Notes: generated by a model from the letters alone, not told the origin. DNA of 64,000 nucleotides from an uncultured Bacteroidales bacterium (GCA_964594665.1 CAZQNY010000001.1:9599-73598); one strand, 5' to 3'. Numbered from the stretch's first letter, positions 28,041-37,828 are shown. Made by a program: numbers and translations.

Positions 28041-29165
28041 ATGTCAATAACAATTGTTGAGGCAAAAACAAAGAAAGCGTTAAAAGACTTTGTTGAAGTA
28101 CCTTTTATAATCTATAAAGACAACCCATACTGGGTCCCACCCATAAAGAAAGATGAGCTTAATGCTCTGTTACCGGAAAAAAATCCATGTCATAAATATG
28201 CCAGAGCAAATTTTTGGGTTGTATACCGCGATAATCAGCCTGTGGGACGAATCGGAGCACTGATCCACCACCGTGCCATTGAGAAAACAGGGCAAAAACT
28301 GGGACGATTTACGCGTCTTGAATTTGAAGATAGCAGAGAGGTTGTTGATATGTTGTTTAATACAGCGGAAACATGGTTGCGTGAAAATGGAATGGATGGC
28401 GTTGAAGGGCCATTGGGATTTACCAACCTCGACCATCAGGGAATGCTTATCGAAGGATTTAATTATATGCCTTCCATTGCCAGTGAGTACCATATGGATT
28501 ACTATAAAAAGCATCTCCAAAGGCTTCATTATAAAAAGCAGATGGACTGGGTGGAATTTCGTCTTACCCTGGATAAAGAGGTGCCGGAAAAAGCTGCGCG
28601 TCTTGCCGATATGATCAAAAAAAGATCTCGCCTGAAAGTGGTGAGTTTTAAAAAAACCAAGGAAATTAAGCCATGGGCTTATAAAATATTCCATACTCTT
28701 AATGAAGCTTTTGCCGGGTTATTTTCTTTTGTGGAACTTTCTGATGAAGTAATAGCATATTATATCAACAGGTATATAAGTGCCATGAATCCTGATTATG
28801 TAAAGGTCATAACTACTCATGCAGATGATGTAATCGGGTTTATTATTGGCGTTCCTTCTCTGTCGGAGGCAATGCAAAAGGTAAATGGAAAGCTTACACT
28901 TTTTAATGCAGGACAAGTACTTAAAGCTCAGAAAAATCCTGAAGTCGTAGACCTCTTTCTTACTGGTGTTCTCCCTGAATATCAGGCAAAAGGAGTTAGT
29001 GCTGTGCTCATTAATGAACTCCAGCAGGTGATGATTCGCGATGGTGTTGAAAATGTGGAAACTACCGGTATTATTGAAACAAATCATAAGGCTATTCAAC
29101 ACTGGAAGAATTATCAGCATATCCAGCATAAGCGCAAACGATGCTTTGTTAAAATGTTCCGATAG
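28041..29165 (+). CDS. GNAT-like acyltransferase family protein (uncharacterised ~370-aa family)
   Basis: The N-terminus VEAKTKKALKDFVEVPFIIYKDNPYWVPP and the motif GPLGFTNLDHQGMLIEGF resemble a Bacteroidota family usually annotated as GNAT N-acetyltransferase. A -7 box lies at 28014-28021. Confidence 0.55.
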   Translation: MSITIVEAKTKKALKDFVEVPFIIYKDNPYWVPPIKKDELNALLPEKNPCHKYARANFWVVYRDNQPVGRIGALIHHRAIEKTGQKLGRFTRLEFEDSREVVDMLFNTAETWLRENGMDGVEGPLGFTNLDHQGMLIEGFNYMPSIASEYHMDYYKKHLQRLHYKKQMDWVEFRLTLDKEVPEKAARLADMIKKRSRLKVVSFKKTKEIKPWAYKIFHTLNEAFAGLFSFVELSDEVIAYYINRYISAMNPDYVKVITTHADDVIGFIIGVPSLSEAMQKVNGKLTLFNAGQVLKAQKNPEVVDLFLTGVLPEYQAKGVSAVLINELQQVMIRDGVENVETTGIIETNHKAIQHWKNYQHIQHKRKRCFVKMFR

Positions 29166-29198
29166 CCGGAGCACTGTTTAATGTTCCGTTCTTTTTTC

Positions 29199-29206
29199 TA
29201 TTTTTG
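29199..29206 (+). promoter_or_regulatory. Candidate -7 box upstream of the Asp-box propeller gene
   Basis: TATTTTTG ends 24 nt before ATG 29230. Confidence 0.4.
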
Positions 29207-29229
29207 GATGATTATAAAAAAATGAATCC

Positions 29230-31707
29230 ATGAAAAAAGTAGCGCTACCGGCCTTAATCTCCATTCTGGTGATTATCGTTTTTATTTCTGATTTTCAAAA
29301 AAAGAAATCCATTCCTGCACCTGTCGATACCATTATTGTCGAGGGGGAAGATGATGAACATTTTAAGCGTAAAGAGGAGTGGTTTGATGCAATGCACCGT
29401 TGTGCTCCGGAAACCAACTGGCGCCAAATGGACATCGCATTGCGACAACATCGAACCTTGTCAGCAGGAAAAATGGATGCTATTCAGGGCGAGTGGCGTG
29501 AAGTAGGATCAAACAACCTTGCAGGCCGCACGCATCTTGCCGATTACGATTCACTTACAGGAGAGGTCTACCTGGTGTCTTCAGGCGGGAATATCTGGAA
29601 GGGAACACCTGGCAGCAACGACTGGGAGTGTCTGAATGATAATTTTCAGATTACCGGAATACATTTTTTTCGCCGTATACCCTTTAACGGAAGCGAACGC
29701 TGGTTAGCGGCAACCGGCGACTGGAATATTCAGGGCTTTCTCTATTCTGATGATCAGGGTGTATCATGGACCTATACTACCGGATTGGAAAATGCCGAAA
29801 ACTGGGGAACACTTCGAAGGGCAGTTATTGTTAATGATGTGATTTATGCGCTTACCATGGAATGGGATTATTCAAACTGGAATAAAATTACCTGCGTCTA
29901 TAAATCTGTTGATATGGGAGAATCATTTGAGCAGATTCTTGAATTTCCCGAACCGGAATATGGTGCTGAATCAGAATTTGATATGTGGGCAGGATATTAT
30001 CATCCTGAGAATATTTATTTGATCGCAGGAACAACATTTGGAAGACTTGATTCTCAGGATCAGTTTACAGTGCTTGGAACCCTTCCGGAAACATCCGGGC
30101 AGACAAGGATTTCTGCTTTTGATGAGAATAACCCCCAAAACTTTTATGTAGCTAAAACCTCAAACAATATAACACATTTTTATACTTCAAATGATGGTGG
30201 GGTCTCCTGGAATCAAAAAGGACAGGTTTCTGAAGGCCCTTTCCAGATGAATAGTTTTGCTGTATCAGTGGATAATCCCAATACGGTGTACTTTGGTGGT
30301 GTTAGTTGCTTCAGGTCGCTCAACGGAGGACAAACCTGGACCAAGAAAAATGAATGGTGGCAATACTATGGATCAGAAGAGACCATGCTGCATGCCGATA
30401 TCCCCGGCATAAGCCCGTTTAAAGTTGATGGCCAGGAGCTGCTTTTTATTAATACAGATGGGGGAACCTATATAAGCACCGATTATTTATCTTCTGTGCA
30501 GAATATTTCAATGGAGAACCTCCGCGTCAGTCAGTATTATTCTACTTATACTTTTAAAGAAGATCCTGCCGTTATTTATGCCGGTGCCCAGGACCAGGGC
30601 TTTCAGCGTACTGTTTCCGGACAAACCGGAGATGATGTTTATGCTTTTGATCAACTGATAAGTGGTGATTACGGGCATATTGTTTCCGGTGATGACGGAG
30701 CATCCATATGGACGGTTTATCCAACGTTTGCCATGTATTACCCTGATGCAGTAAATGGTCAGGACAACAAAATGTGGAGCTTTGTTGGGTCAGGATATTA
30801 CTGGATGCCACAACTTATGGAAGATCCCTATAACCCTTCCTCCTGTTACGTCGCCGGTGGAAGCACGACCTCCGGATCCCATATCTTTTATCTTTCTGCC
30901 AATGGTTCATCAATAACGTATATTGAGCAGGACTTTGACTTTAGCGAAGGTGGTGATGCAAAGATTTCTGCAATGGCTTACGATAAAAGCAATCCCATTA
31001 ACAGGTATGTTTTAACATCAGAGGGGACTTTCTTTATCTCCAATGATTTTGGAACTACATGGAGTAAATCTGAAGGCTTTACCGGCCCCGGATGCCACTA
31101 TTTTTATGGTGCCTCCATTGTGGTGTCACAAAATAACCCAAATACTATTTATATTGGTGGATCGGGATATTCGTCCAGCCCTGTCTTTGTATCTTATGAC
31201 GCCGGTGAATCTTTTGAACCGTTTAATAATGGATTACCTTTTACTTTGGTCTTTGATTTAGTGCTAAATGACGATGAAACAATGCTTTTTGCCGCTACTG
31301 AAATTGGCGCTTTTGCCTGTGATTTGCAAACAGGCGAGTGGACCGACCTGTTCGATGCGGGCGTCCCGGATCAGGCATTCTGGAGCGTTGAGTGGGTCGA
31401 TGATTTTGCGCGTTTTGCATCCTATGGCAGAGGAATATGGGACTTTACACCAACCACAAATGTTGGTATGGAAAGCTTTAAAGAACAGGCTATTGTGTAC
31501 CCTAACCCTGCATCTGATGTTATTAAATATGATTTACCTGACAATGTAACAATAGTTTCTGTAACAAACATAAATGGAAAAGAATTATACAGATCCAACG
31601 AAAACAATGGAGTGATTAATATCTCAGGCTGGAATAACGGAACTGTATTTCTTACCTCTTTTGATGGAAAACAAAAAAAGTCGTATAAAATTATTATTGC
31701 ACATTAA
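29230..31707 (+). CDS. BNR/Asp-box repeat beta-propeller protein with T9SS C-terminal sorting domain
   Basis: N-terminal hydrophobic anchor or signal. At least six Asp-box motifs (SDDQGVSW, SVDMGESF, SNDGGVSW, SLNGGQTW, SNDFGTTW, SYDAGESF). C-terminal CTD-like tail (IVYPNPASDVIKYDL...KSYKIIIAH). Confidence 0.75.
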   Translation: MKKVALPALISILVIIVFISDFQKKKSIPAPVDTIIVEGEDDEHFKRKEEWFDAMHRCAPETNWRQMDIALRQHRTLSAGKMDAIQGEWREVGSNNLAGRTHLADYDSLTGEVYLVSSGGNIWKGTPGSNDWECLNDNFQITGIHFFRRIPFNGSERWLAATGDWNIQGFLYSDDQGVSWTYTTGLENAENWGTLRRAVIVNDVIYALTMEWDYSNWNKITCVYKSVDMGESFEQILEFPEPEYGAESEFDMWAGYYHPENIYLIAGTTFGRLDSQDQFTVLGTLPETSGQTRISAFDENNPQNFYVAKTSNNITHFYTSNDGGVSWNQKGQVSEGPFQMNSFAVSVDNPNTVYFGGVSCFRSLNGGQTWTKKNEWWQYYGSEETMLHADIPGISPFKVDGQELLFINTDGGTYISTDYLSSVQNISMENLRVSQYYSTYTFKEDPAVIYAGAQDQGFQRTVSGQTGDDVYAFDQLISGDYGHIVSGDDGASIWTVYPTFAMYYPDAVNGQDNKMWSFVGSGYYWMPQLMEDPYNPSSCYVAGGSTTSGSHIFYLSANGSSITYIEQDFDFSEGGDAKISAMAYDKSNPINRYVLTSEGTFFISNDFGTTWSKSEGFTGPGCHYFYGASIVVSQNNPNTIYIGGSGYSSSPVFVSYDAGESFEPFNNGLPFTLVFDLVLNDDETMLFAATEIGAFACDLQTGEWTDLFDAGVPDQAFWSVEWVDDFARFASYGRGIWDFTPTTNVGMESFKEQAIVYPNPASDVIKYDLPDNVTIVSVTNINGKELYRSNENNGVINISGWNNGTVFLTSFDGKQKKSYKIIIAH

Positions 31708-32378
31708 ATAGCTACAGGAGCAACATAGTTATATATTGCCAACCAGTGACATACCGTCCCGGCAAGCACAAAGAGATGCCATACCAGATGCGAGTATGGC
31801 ATCTTTTTTTCCATTTTAAAGAAGATTACTCCCAACGTATAGCACGCACCACCAATAAAAATGTAGCCCATTCCCATTGGATGCATGCCCTGAAACAAAG
31901 GAATAAGGAAAAATAACAACATCCATCCCATCATTATAAAGCTTAGCACCACAAATATATTTACGCCTCGTTCGTACTTGTTTGGCAAAATGCTTTTTAC
32001 AAGAATACCGGCAAGTGCAAGCCCCCATTCCAAACCAAACATAGTCCAGCCCCAGTTGCCTTTCATAACAACAAGTGCCATAGGTGTATAAGTGCCGGCA
32101 ATTAAAAGATAAATAGCTATCTGGTCGTAGTTGTGAAAGAAATTTTTAGCTTTTGTTCCTGAACGCAGTGAATGATTCAGGGTAGAGGAGAGGTAAAGGT
32201 TTATCATGGATGCGCCAAAAACAGAAAATGAAACAATATGCTCTGCGCTGCCCATTCTGCTTCCCCGAACAATAAGAAGAATGGTGGCAACAATGCTAAA
32301 TGCCAACCCTGCACCATGTGAAATTGCATTGGCAAGCTCTTCACCAAAAGAAAATCGCGTGTTTTTAAATTCTTTCAT
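31704..32378 (-). CDS. Hemolysin III / PAQR family membrane protein
   Basis: Seven predicted TM segments. N-terminal EELANAISHGAG and C-terminal HLFVLAGTVCHW motifs are typical of the hemolysin III (YplQ) family. Confidence 0.85.
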   Translation of the reverse strand: MKEFKNTRFSFGEELANAISHGAGLAFSIVATILLIVRGSRMGSAEHIVSFSVFGASMINLYLSSTLNHSLRSGTKAKNFFHNYDQIAIYLLIAGTYTPMALVVMKGNWGWTMFGLEWGLALAGILVKSILPNKYERGVNIFVVLSFIMMGWMLLFFLIPLFQGMHPMGMGYIFIGGACYTLGVIFFKMEKKMPYSHLVWHLFVLAGTVCHWLAIYNYVAPVAI

Positions 32379-32379
32379 T

Positions 32380-34650
32380 CTAATATTTTATAAACCTTAC
32401 ATATGCTTTTGTTTCTTCAACATAAACAAAGTATACCCCGGGTTTAAAATCTGTGATATTGATTGTTGCCTCTGAATTATTCAGATTGATGTTTTGGATT
32501 TTTCTTCCTGCAATATCGGTTATAGACAATGTGGCTTCAGTTAAATTATTGATCTGTACATGTAAAATGTTATTTGCCGGAACCGGCCATACAGAAATTC
32601 CGTTGTTTGACAATTCTTCAATACTGCTTTCATTGTTGGAAGTGCCGGCAGTCGGACTGTTAAATGTGATCCATTGATCATCACCATCCTGTTCACGGCC
32701 ATACGAGATATCGGTTTCCTGTTCCCCAAAATCAATTTCATCAATAAGTGCATATCCTGAAGCTTCAACATCAAAAAGCCCGATATATTCTCCGTCTTTC
32801 GAGAGTTTAAATCCGGCATGAAGGTCACCCTGGTCTTCATCTTTGTCGGCCCATATAAGGATAAAATCTCCGGGTTGCAAGGTGATATCCGGCAACATAT
32901 ATTTATCCGGCTCTGCCGCATCGTCGGATAAAAACATTCCATCGAGATCAATAGCTGCAGAACCTCCGTTCCAAAGCTCTATCCAGTCATCATATTCACC
33001 ATATTGGTCGGCAAGATACGTTTCGTTATCAGCCATGAATTCATTGATATACAAGGCATAATCGCCACCTTCCAGGATTTCAAACTGCTGAAAATCAGCA
33101 AAAACATACGATGTTTGCCCGATGTTGTCTGTTGCGGCAATATTATAGGATATTGTTGCTGCATAACCAGTTGCCGGTGCTGAACCACCGAAAATATGAT
33201 CTCCTGCATCTCCGTCATTATGTAGCCCGTCGTCGTAAAGCTGCTCTGTAAGCACCTCACCACTATTAATCTGATATTGGAGTTCAACGGTCATATCCGG
33301 CTGGTCATCAATAACATATACTGAAACAACGAATTCTGAAAAAGCTCCAGGGGAATTTCTTTCAGGATATTTTATCACCGGATACATATTATAATTTTCA
33401 AGTTGACTTAGTGCTGATGATGCTCTGGCCGAGAGGTAAGGAATGATGCCTTTTTTTACATGACTGCCCCAGGATTCTGTGAATGAATTATTAAAGCTCT
33501 CTGTTGAAAAACCATAATCCAGCGGATAGTATGGGTCATTTGAGATATAAGGCAGTAGCGTGGAATGTAATGCTTCGATATATTGGACAAATGAGGTTGA
33601 ATTGATGATGCCCGTCAGCTCTTCAACATAAAACGAGTATTGATCCCTGAGAATAGGGTTACTCATAATATTATCATACAATGGCCGGGGTTCCCAGTCC
33701 GCACCCCACGAATAGATATTCCTTGAATCCCAGCTAATCCCTGACCAGTCAATGCCCATAGTGTTATCAAGGTCATAAAGCAAAAACTCAAACCGCCCTG
33801 ATATGGGGTTATGATATAGGTAGTAGTTGTTTTTATTATAGATGTAATCATCCCAGTGCCCTAAAACAACCTCCAGAGCCATGAATTTGAGGTACTCCTG
33901 AACATTGAATATTTTGTTTAACTCATTGTAAAACTGATCCGGGGAGGTGTTGTCAATTGCTTTAATCAAATCCCTGAGCCCCGTATAGTCATCAATTTCT
34001 TCATTAATTTTTAAATCATAAGCCCTGCGCCCTGAAAATTCTTCCTTATAGCTTTCCGGGTTATCACCTTTCCATGCTAAATCGGCAGGCCAGAGGCATT
34101 TGTACAGGTTTCCGTTTTTACTGTCAAAGTAGGTGCCGGTGAATTCTTCATCAATATGTTCCACATTAAGGTATAATCCATGATAGTTTCCATTAATATA
34201 CAATTGTACATGGTTAGCTCTGCTTCCGGGGAGGTCCCAAATGCGGGCAAGATCCCAGCCAATCCGGGCTCGGCATACAGAGGGGTCGTTGTGCTCTCCA
34301 TTGAGGTTCATCTTTTCAAAACCATGAAAATCACCACCTTCAACAAATGTGTTAAAGGATAACTTAAAGGATTTTTTTGCTGAATAGCGTGATGTGTTTC
34401 CTCGTAAACGGAATCCTATATCTTCAAATGTTTCATTTTCTTCTGATGAAGTAAACATAAAATCAGCATGAAACTCAATATCACTCTCCGGGTGATCATA
34501 GATCCAGTCCAGGGTATCCGGATTTATGTTTATATCAATTCGTGGTACTTCGGAAGTGATATAAACGGGTCCCTGATCCGGTAATTGAAACTGAGCAAAT
34601 ACACAAAGGCTTATATACAGGCTTAACAGTAAAGTAACGATTCTTTTCAT
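32380..34650 (-). CDS. CotH kinase-family protein with lamin-tail domain and T9SS C-terminal sorting domain
   Basis: Signal peptide MKRIVTLLLSLYISLCVFAQ. CotH-type region (GFRLRGNTSRYSAKKSFKLSFN...MNLNGEHNDPS). LTD-like region (LYINEFMADN...DDWIELWN...IDLDGMFLSDD). CTD tail (VWPVPANNILHVQ...GVYFVYVEE). Confidence 0.75.
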   Translation of the reverse strand: MKRIVTLLLSLYISLCVFAQFQLPDQGPVYITSEVPRIDININPDTLDWIYDHPESDIEFHADFMFTSSEENETFEDIGFRLRGNTSRYSAKKSFKLSFNTFVEGGDFHGFEKMNLNGEHNDPSVCRARIGWDLARIWDLPGSRANHVQLYINGNYHGLYLNVEHIDEEFTGTYFDSKNGNLYKCLWPADLAWKGDNPESYKEEFSGRRAYDLKINEEIDDYTGLRDLIKAIDNTSPDQFYNELNKIFNVQEYLKFMALEVVLGHWDDYIYNKNNYYLYHNPISGRFEFLLYDLDNTMGIDWSGISWDSRNIYSWGADWEPRPLYDNIMSNPILRDQYSFYVEELTGIINSTSFVQYIEALHSTLLPYISNDPYYPLDYGFSTESFNNSFTESWGSHVKKGIIPYLSARASSALSQLENYNMYPVIKYPERNSPGAFSEFVVSVYVIDDQPDMTVELQYQINSGEVLTEQLYDDGLHNDGDAGDHIFGGSAPATGYAATISYNIAATDNIGQTSYVFADFQQFEILEGGDYALYINEFMADNETYLADQYGEYDDWIELWNGGSAAIDLDGMFLSDDAAEPDKYMLPDITLQPGDFILIWADKDEDQGDLHAGFKLSKDGEYIGLFDVEASGYALIDEIDFGEQETDISYGREQDGDDQWITFNSPTAGTSNNESSIEELSNNGISVWPVPANNILHVQINNLTEATLSITDIAGRKIQNINLNNSEATINITDFKPGVYFVYVEETKAYVRFIKY

Positions 34651-34690
34651 GGTCTGACTTTTTTACAAATGTAAGGAATTTGTTATTGTT

Positions 34691-34698
34691 TACCTTTG
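34691..34698 (+). promoter_or_regulatory. Candidate -7 box upstream of rimO
   Basis: TACCTTTGCA ends 24 nt before ATG 34722. It is part of a 19-nt block that is 18/19 identical to 38738-38756. Confidence 0.5.
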
Positions 34699-34721
34699 CA
34701 CTTTCAAGAAAGACGGAAGAA

Positions 34722-36017
34722 ATGAAAAAAGTCAATATTGTAACACTTGGTTGTAGTAAGAATACTGTTGACAGTGAGTCACTTGCGGGCCAGCTGCAGG
34801 GACAGGGATATGAAATAACTTTTGACAGCGGTGAACTCTCTGATTATGTGATTATCAATACCTGCGGTTTTATAAATGATGCCAAAGAAGAAAGTATTGA
34901 TACGATCTTACGTTTCGCAGAAGCACGTAAAACAGGTCAGATCAGTCGTCTGGCGGTGATGGGCTGCCTTAGTCAACGCTATAAATCTGAATTACAGCAT
35001 GAAATGCCGGAAGTAGATAGCTGGTATGGTGTTGACGAGCTAAAAAAAATCGTTTTGGATTTTGATGTTGACTGGCGTAAGGAGTTGCTTGGAGAGCGAA
35101 TGCTCTCAACACCAAAGCATTATGCCTATGTTAAAATTGCTGAAGGTTGCGACCGCAAATGCTCCTTTTGTGCTATTCCCGGAATACGGGGACGCCATAT
35201 AAGCAAAAAAGAAGATGATATCTCCCGTGAGTGTCGCGACCTGGTAAGGAGTGGCGTTAAAGAGTTGCTGCTTATTTCACAGGATCTTACCTACTATGGC
35301 AGAGATATATACGGTGAAAACCGACTTGCACCTCTGGTGAAACGACTTGCAGAAGAAAATCCCAACACATGGATCCGACTCCATTACACATTTCCTCTTG
35401 GCTTTGATGACGCATTAATAGAGGTTTTTAATACGCATTCCAATGTGGTGAATTACATCGATATTCCTTTGCAGCATATTAATACAAGAATACTGAAATC
35501 CATGCGGCGTGGAATTGACGCCAACGGGACCATGAAGCTAATCAGGAAGTTCAGATCGATGATGCCGGATGCTGCTATACGAACAGCTTTTATTGTTGGA
35601 TATCCCGGCGAAACAGAAGAGGAATTTAACGAGCTAAAGGATTTTATTAAGGAATGCCGTTTCGAGCGAATGGGGATTTTTACCTATTCCCACGAAGAAG
35701 ATACCTCCGCATATAATCTGGAAGATGATGTTGATGAGGAAACCAAAGACCAGCGTCGTGATATTTTAATGGATCTTCAGCAGCAAATTTCCCTTGAGCA
35801 TAATGTTAAAATGATCGGGAAAACTATGAAAATCCTGGTCGATCGCAAAGAAGGAGAGTTTTGGATTGGCAGAACCGAATATGACTCTCCGGAGGTTGAT
35901 AATGAGGTGCTAATCAGATGCAAGGAAACGGTAAACCTTGAAGGCTGTTTTTGTGAAGTAATGATTACTGACGCCGAGGACTATGATTTATATGCAGATC
36001 TGCTCAGGGTTTTGTAA
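34722..36017 (+). CDS. rimO: Ribosomal protein S12 methylthiotransferase RimO
   Basis: ATG at 34722 gives MKKVNIVTLGCSKN, the MTTase N-domain. There is a radical-SAM motif CDRKCSFC and a C-terminal TRAM domain. The size and sequence type fit RimO rather than MiaB. Confidence 0.8.
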   Translation: MKKVNIVTLGCSKNTVDSESLAGQLQGQGYEITFDSGELSDYVIINTCGFINDAKEESIDTILRFAEARKTGQISRLAVMGCLSQRYKSELQHEMPEVDSWYGVDELKKIVLDFDVDWRKELLGERMLSTPKHYAYVKIAEGCDRKCSFCAIPGIRGRHISKKEDDISRECRDLVRSGVKELLLISQDLTYYGRDIYGENRLAPLVKRLAEENPNTWIRLHYTFPLGFDDALIEVFNTHSNVVNYIDIPLQHINTRILKSMRRGIDANGTMKLIRKFRSMMPDAAIRTAFIVGYPGETEEEFNELKDFIKECRFERMGIFTYSHEEDTSAYNLEDDVDEETKDQRRDILMDLQQQISLEHNVKMIGKTMKILVDRKEGEFWIGRTEYDSPEVDNEVLIRCKETVNLEGCFCEVMITDAEDYDLYADLLRVL

Positions 36018-36060
36018 TCACATATAAGGCCATAATGTTGAGTTTCTGACATATTCCCAT

Positions 36061-36068
36061 TACTTTTG
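36061..36068 (+). promoter_or_regulatory. Candidate -7 box upstream of the MORN-repeat gene
   Basis: TACTTTTG ends 21 nt before ATG 36089. Confidence 0.4.
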
Positions 36069-36088
36069 TTGTGAAAAAATCAAACACC

Positions 36089-36877
36089 ATGAAAAATATT
36101 ATTCTCTTTACCGCTTTTTTGCTTTTTACAGCAAATTTATTTGCCCAACAACCGGAAAACACCTCAAATCCTCTTGGATATGAAGGTGAAATAAATATCA
36201 CCGATGAAAATAATCTGAAACAAGGCTTTTGGGAAGAAAAAGAGGGAAGAAATCAGGCCTATGGAAATTATGTTGATAATGAAAAAGATGGCACCTGGAT
36301 TAGCTATCATTATTCTAAAGGTATAGTTCATCAGATTCAGGAATATAATCACGGAAAGCTTGACGGGATATTCATTGAAGTGGATCGCAGAGGTTATTTT
36401 ACAGTGGAGAAACATTATAAGGATGGTAAATTAAATGGAAGATCCCGGAAATTTAACCGCGGTGCCACCATGCTCGAAGATGCCAACTATAAAGATGGAC
36501 AATTAGATGGCCTAAAAAGGACGTACTATTCCAACAAACCAGGCAAAGTCCTGGAAGAGGCTACTTACAAAATGGGCATCAAAGACGGACCCTCACGCTG
36601 GTTTGGTGAGAATGGTAATATGATTGCTGAATATACCTACGAAAATGGCCTGCTTAACGGTACCAATAAAACCTATTATGAAAACGGAACCCTTATGATA
36701 GAGGAACAATATAGCGAAAATGAACCAATTGGAGAATATGTCGAATATTGGCAAAACGGTATTGTTAAACTGAAAGGATCGTACGAAAACGGATTAAAAG
36801 AAGGAAAATGGTACTCATATGACGAGGCCGGAAAAGAAATTGGTGTTGCAAAGTATCATAAAGGAGAAGAAAAGTAA
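36089..36877 (+). CDS. Secreted MORN-variant repeat protein (YwqK family)
   Basis: ATG at 36089 gives the signal peptide MKNIILFTAFLLFTANLFAQ. Repeated Y..G.L.G..K.Y units are present, for example YENGLKEGKWYSYDEAGK. The -7 box at 36061-36068 supports this start over GTG 36071. Confidence 0.7.
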   Translation: MKNIILFTAFLLFTANLFAQQPENTSNPLGYEGEINITDENNLKQGFWEEKEGRNQAYGNYVDNEKDGTWISYHYSKGIVHQIQEYNHGKLDGIFIEVDRRGYFTVEKHYKDGKLNGRSRKFNRGATMLEDANYKDGQLDGLKRTYYSNKPGKVLEEATYKMGIKDGPSRWFGENGNMIAEYTYENGLLNGTNKTYYENGTLMIEEQYSENEPIGEYVEYWQNGIVKLKGSYENGLKEGKWYSYDEAGKEIGVAKYHKGEEK

Positions 36878-36885
36878 GCTTTCGC

Positions 36886-37365
36886 ATGAGAAAAATCAAA
36901 AATCCTTACGATAAAACATCCGGATATTATTGCTTTGGTTGCAGCCATGATAATCCTCACGGATTGCAGATGACTTTTTATGAAGATGGTGAAGAACTTT
37001 TTTGCAAATGGGATCCACAGCCTCGTTTTCAGGGATATAATAATATCTTGCATGGCGGTATACAGGCTACATTAATGGATGAAACTGCTTCCTGGCTTGT
37101 CTATGTTAAGATGATAACATCAGGCGTTACCTCCCGGTTGGATATTAAATACAAAAAACCAGTACCAACCAACAGAGGAGAAATTACTTTGCGGGGGAAA
37201 ATAACAGAAATAAAACGTAACCTCGCATTTATTGAAATTCAACTTTTTGATCCTGACATGCAATTATGTTCTTCTGCGAAAGCAGTGTTTTTTACTTATT
37301 CAAAAGAATATAGTGTGAAAAACCTTGGGTTTCCTGAACATCCACAAATATATGAGGATGAGTAA
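36886..37365 (+). CDS. PaaI-family hotdog-fold thioesterase
   Basis: A Zn-ribbon-like CFGCSHDNPHGL, then HGGIQATLMDE, typical of the PaaI/DUF4442-like thioesterase family. Confidence 0.7.
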   Translation: MRKIKNPYDKTSGYYCFGCSHDNPHGLQMTFYEDGEELFCKWDPQPRFQGYNNILHGGIQATLMDETASWLVYVKMITSGVTSRLDIKYKKPVPTNRGEITLRGKITEIKRNLAFIEIQLFDPDMQLCSSAKAVFFTYSKEYSVKNLGFPEHPQIYEDE

Positions 37366-37379
37366 AATAATACAGATAT

Positions 37380-37404
37380 AAAAAAAGCGCTGATGATACA
37401 GCGC
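37380..37404 (-). terminator. Rho-independent terminator after the small lipoprotein gene
   Basis: GCGCTG (37387-37392) pairs with CAGCGC (37399-37404). On the minus strand this is followed by T7 (plus-strand A-run 37380-37386). Confidence 0.65.
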
Positions 37405-37413
37405 ATAAGGAGT

Positions 37414-37659
37414 TTATTTGTACATAGGTGTTTTATGACTATCGGGCACGACATAGTTTTTGGGAGGTGACTTGGCAATCCGTTTCTTTGTTAAAGAAAC
37501 CGGTGGCACTTTTGTATTTCCCGTACCGGTGTAAAATACACGTTTTTGTTTCATGCCAACAGGATAGTTTGTTGCAGATTTGCCAGTGCTACATCCTGAA
37601 AGCAGAATTACTGTAAAGATAAAAACGATTAGTGCTGTTAACGTTCTCCCTGATTTCAT
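37414..37659 (-). CDS. Small basic lipoprotein, hypothetical
   Basis: ATG at 37659 gives MKSGRTLTALIVFIFTVILLSGC, a lipobox. The gene is followed on its own strand by a hairpin plus T-run (37380-37404), which supports a real transcription unit. Confidence 0.5.
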   Translation of the reverse strand: MKSGRTLTALIVFIFTVILLSGCSTGKSATNYPVGMKQKRVFYTGTGNTKVPPVSLTKKRIAKSPPKNYVVPDSHKTPMYK

Positions 37660-37828
37660 GTCTTTATGATTGTTATTAGAATGATCACAAATATGCACTT
37701 TTTTTTGTGAATATGAAAATTCTGTTAATTATAAAACGAAATTGCTTCTGTTTTATTTTTATTAAAGATTTTTGTTTTAGCAGAACATTTTTAAAATCAT
37801 TTCGTTAAAGAAACTAAAAACCAGAATT

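Noticed and set aside
36089-36877. The YwqK-family 'antitoxin' as part of a toxin-antitoxin or polymorphic-toxin locus.
   Set aside because: The protein has a cleavable signal peptide and consists only of MORN-variant repeats. No toxin, LXG or deaminase gene is adjacent. The neighbours are rimO and a thioesterase.
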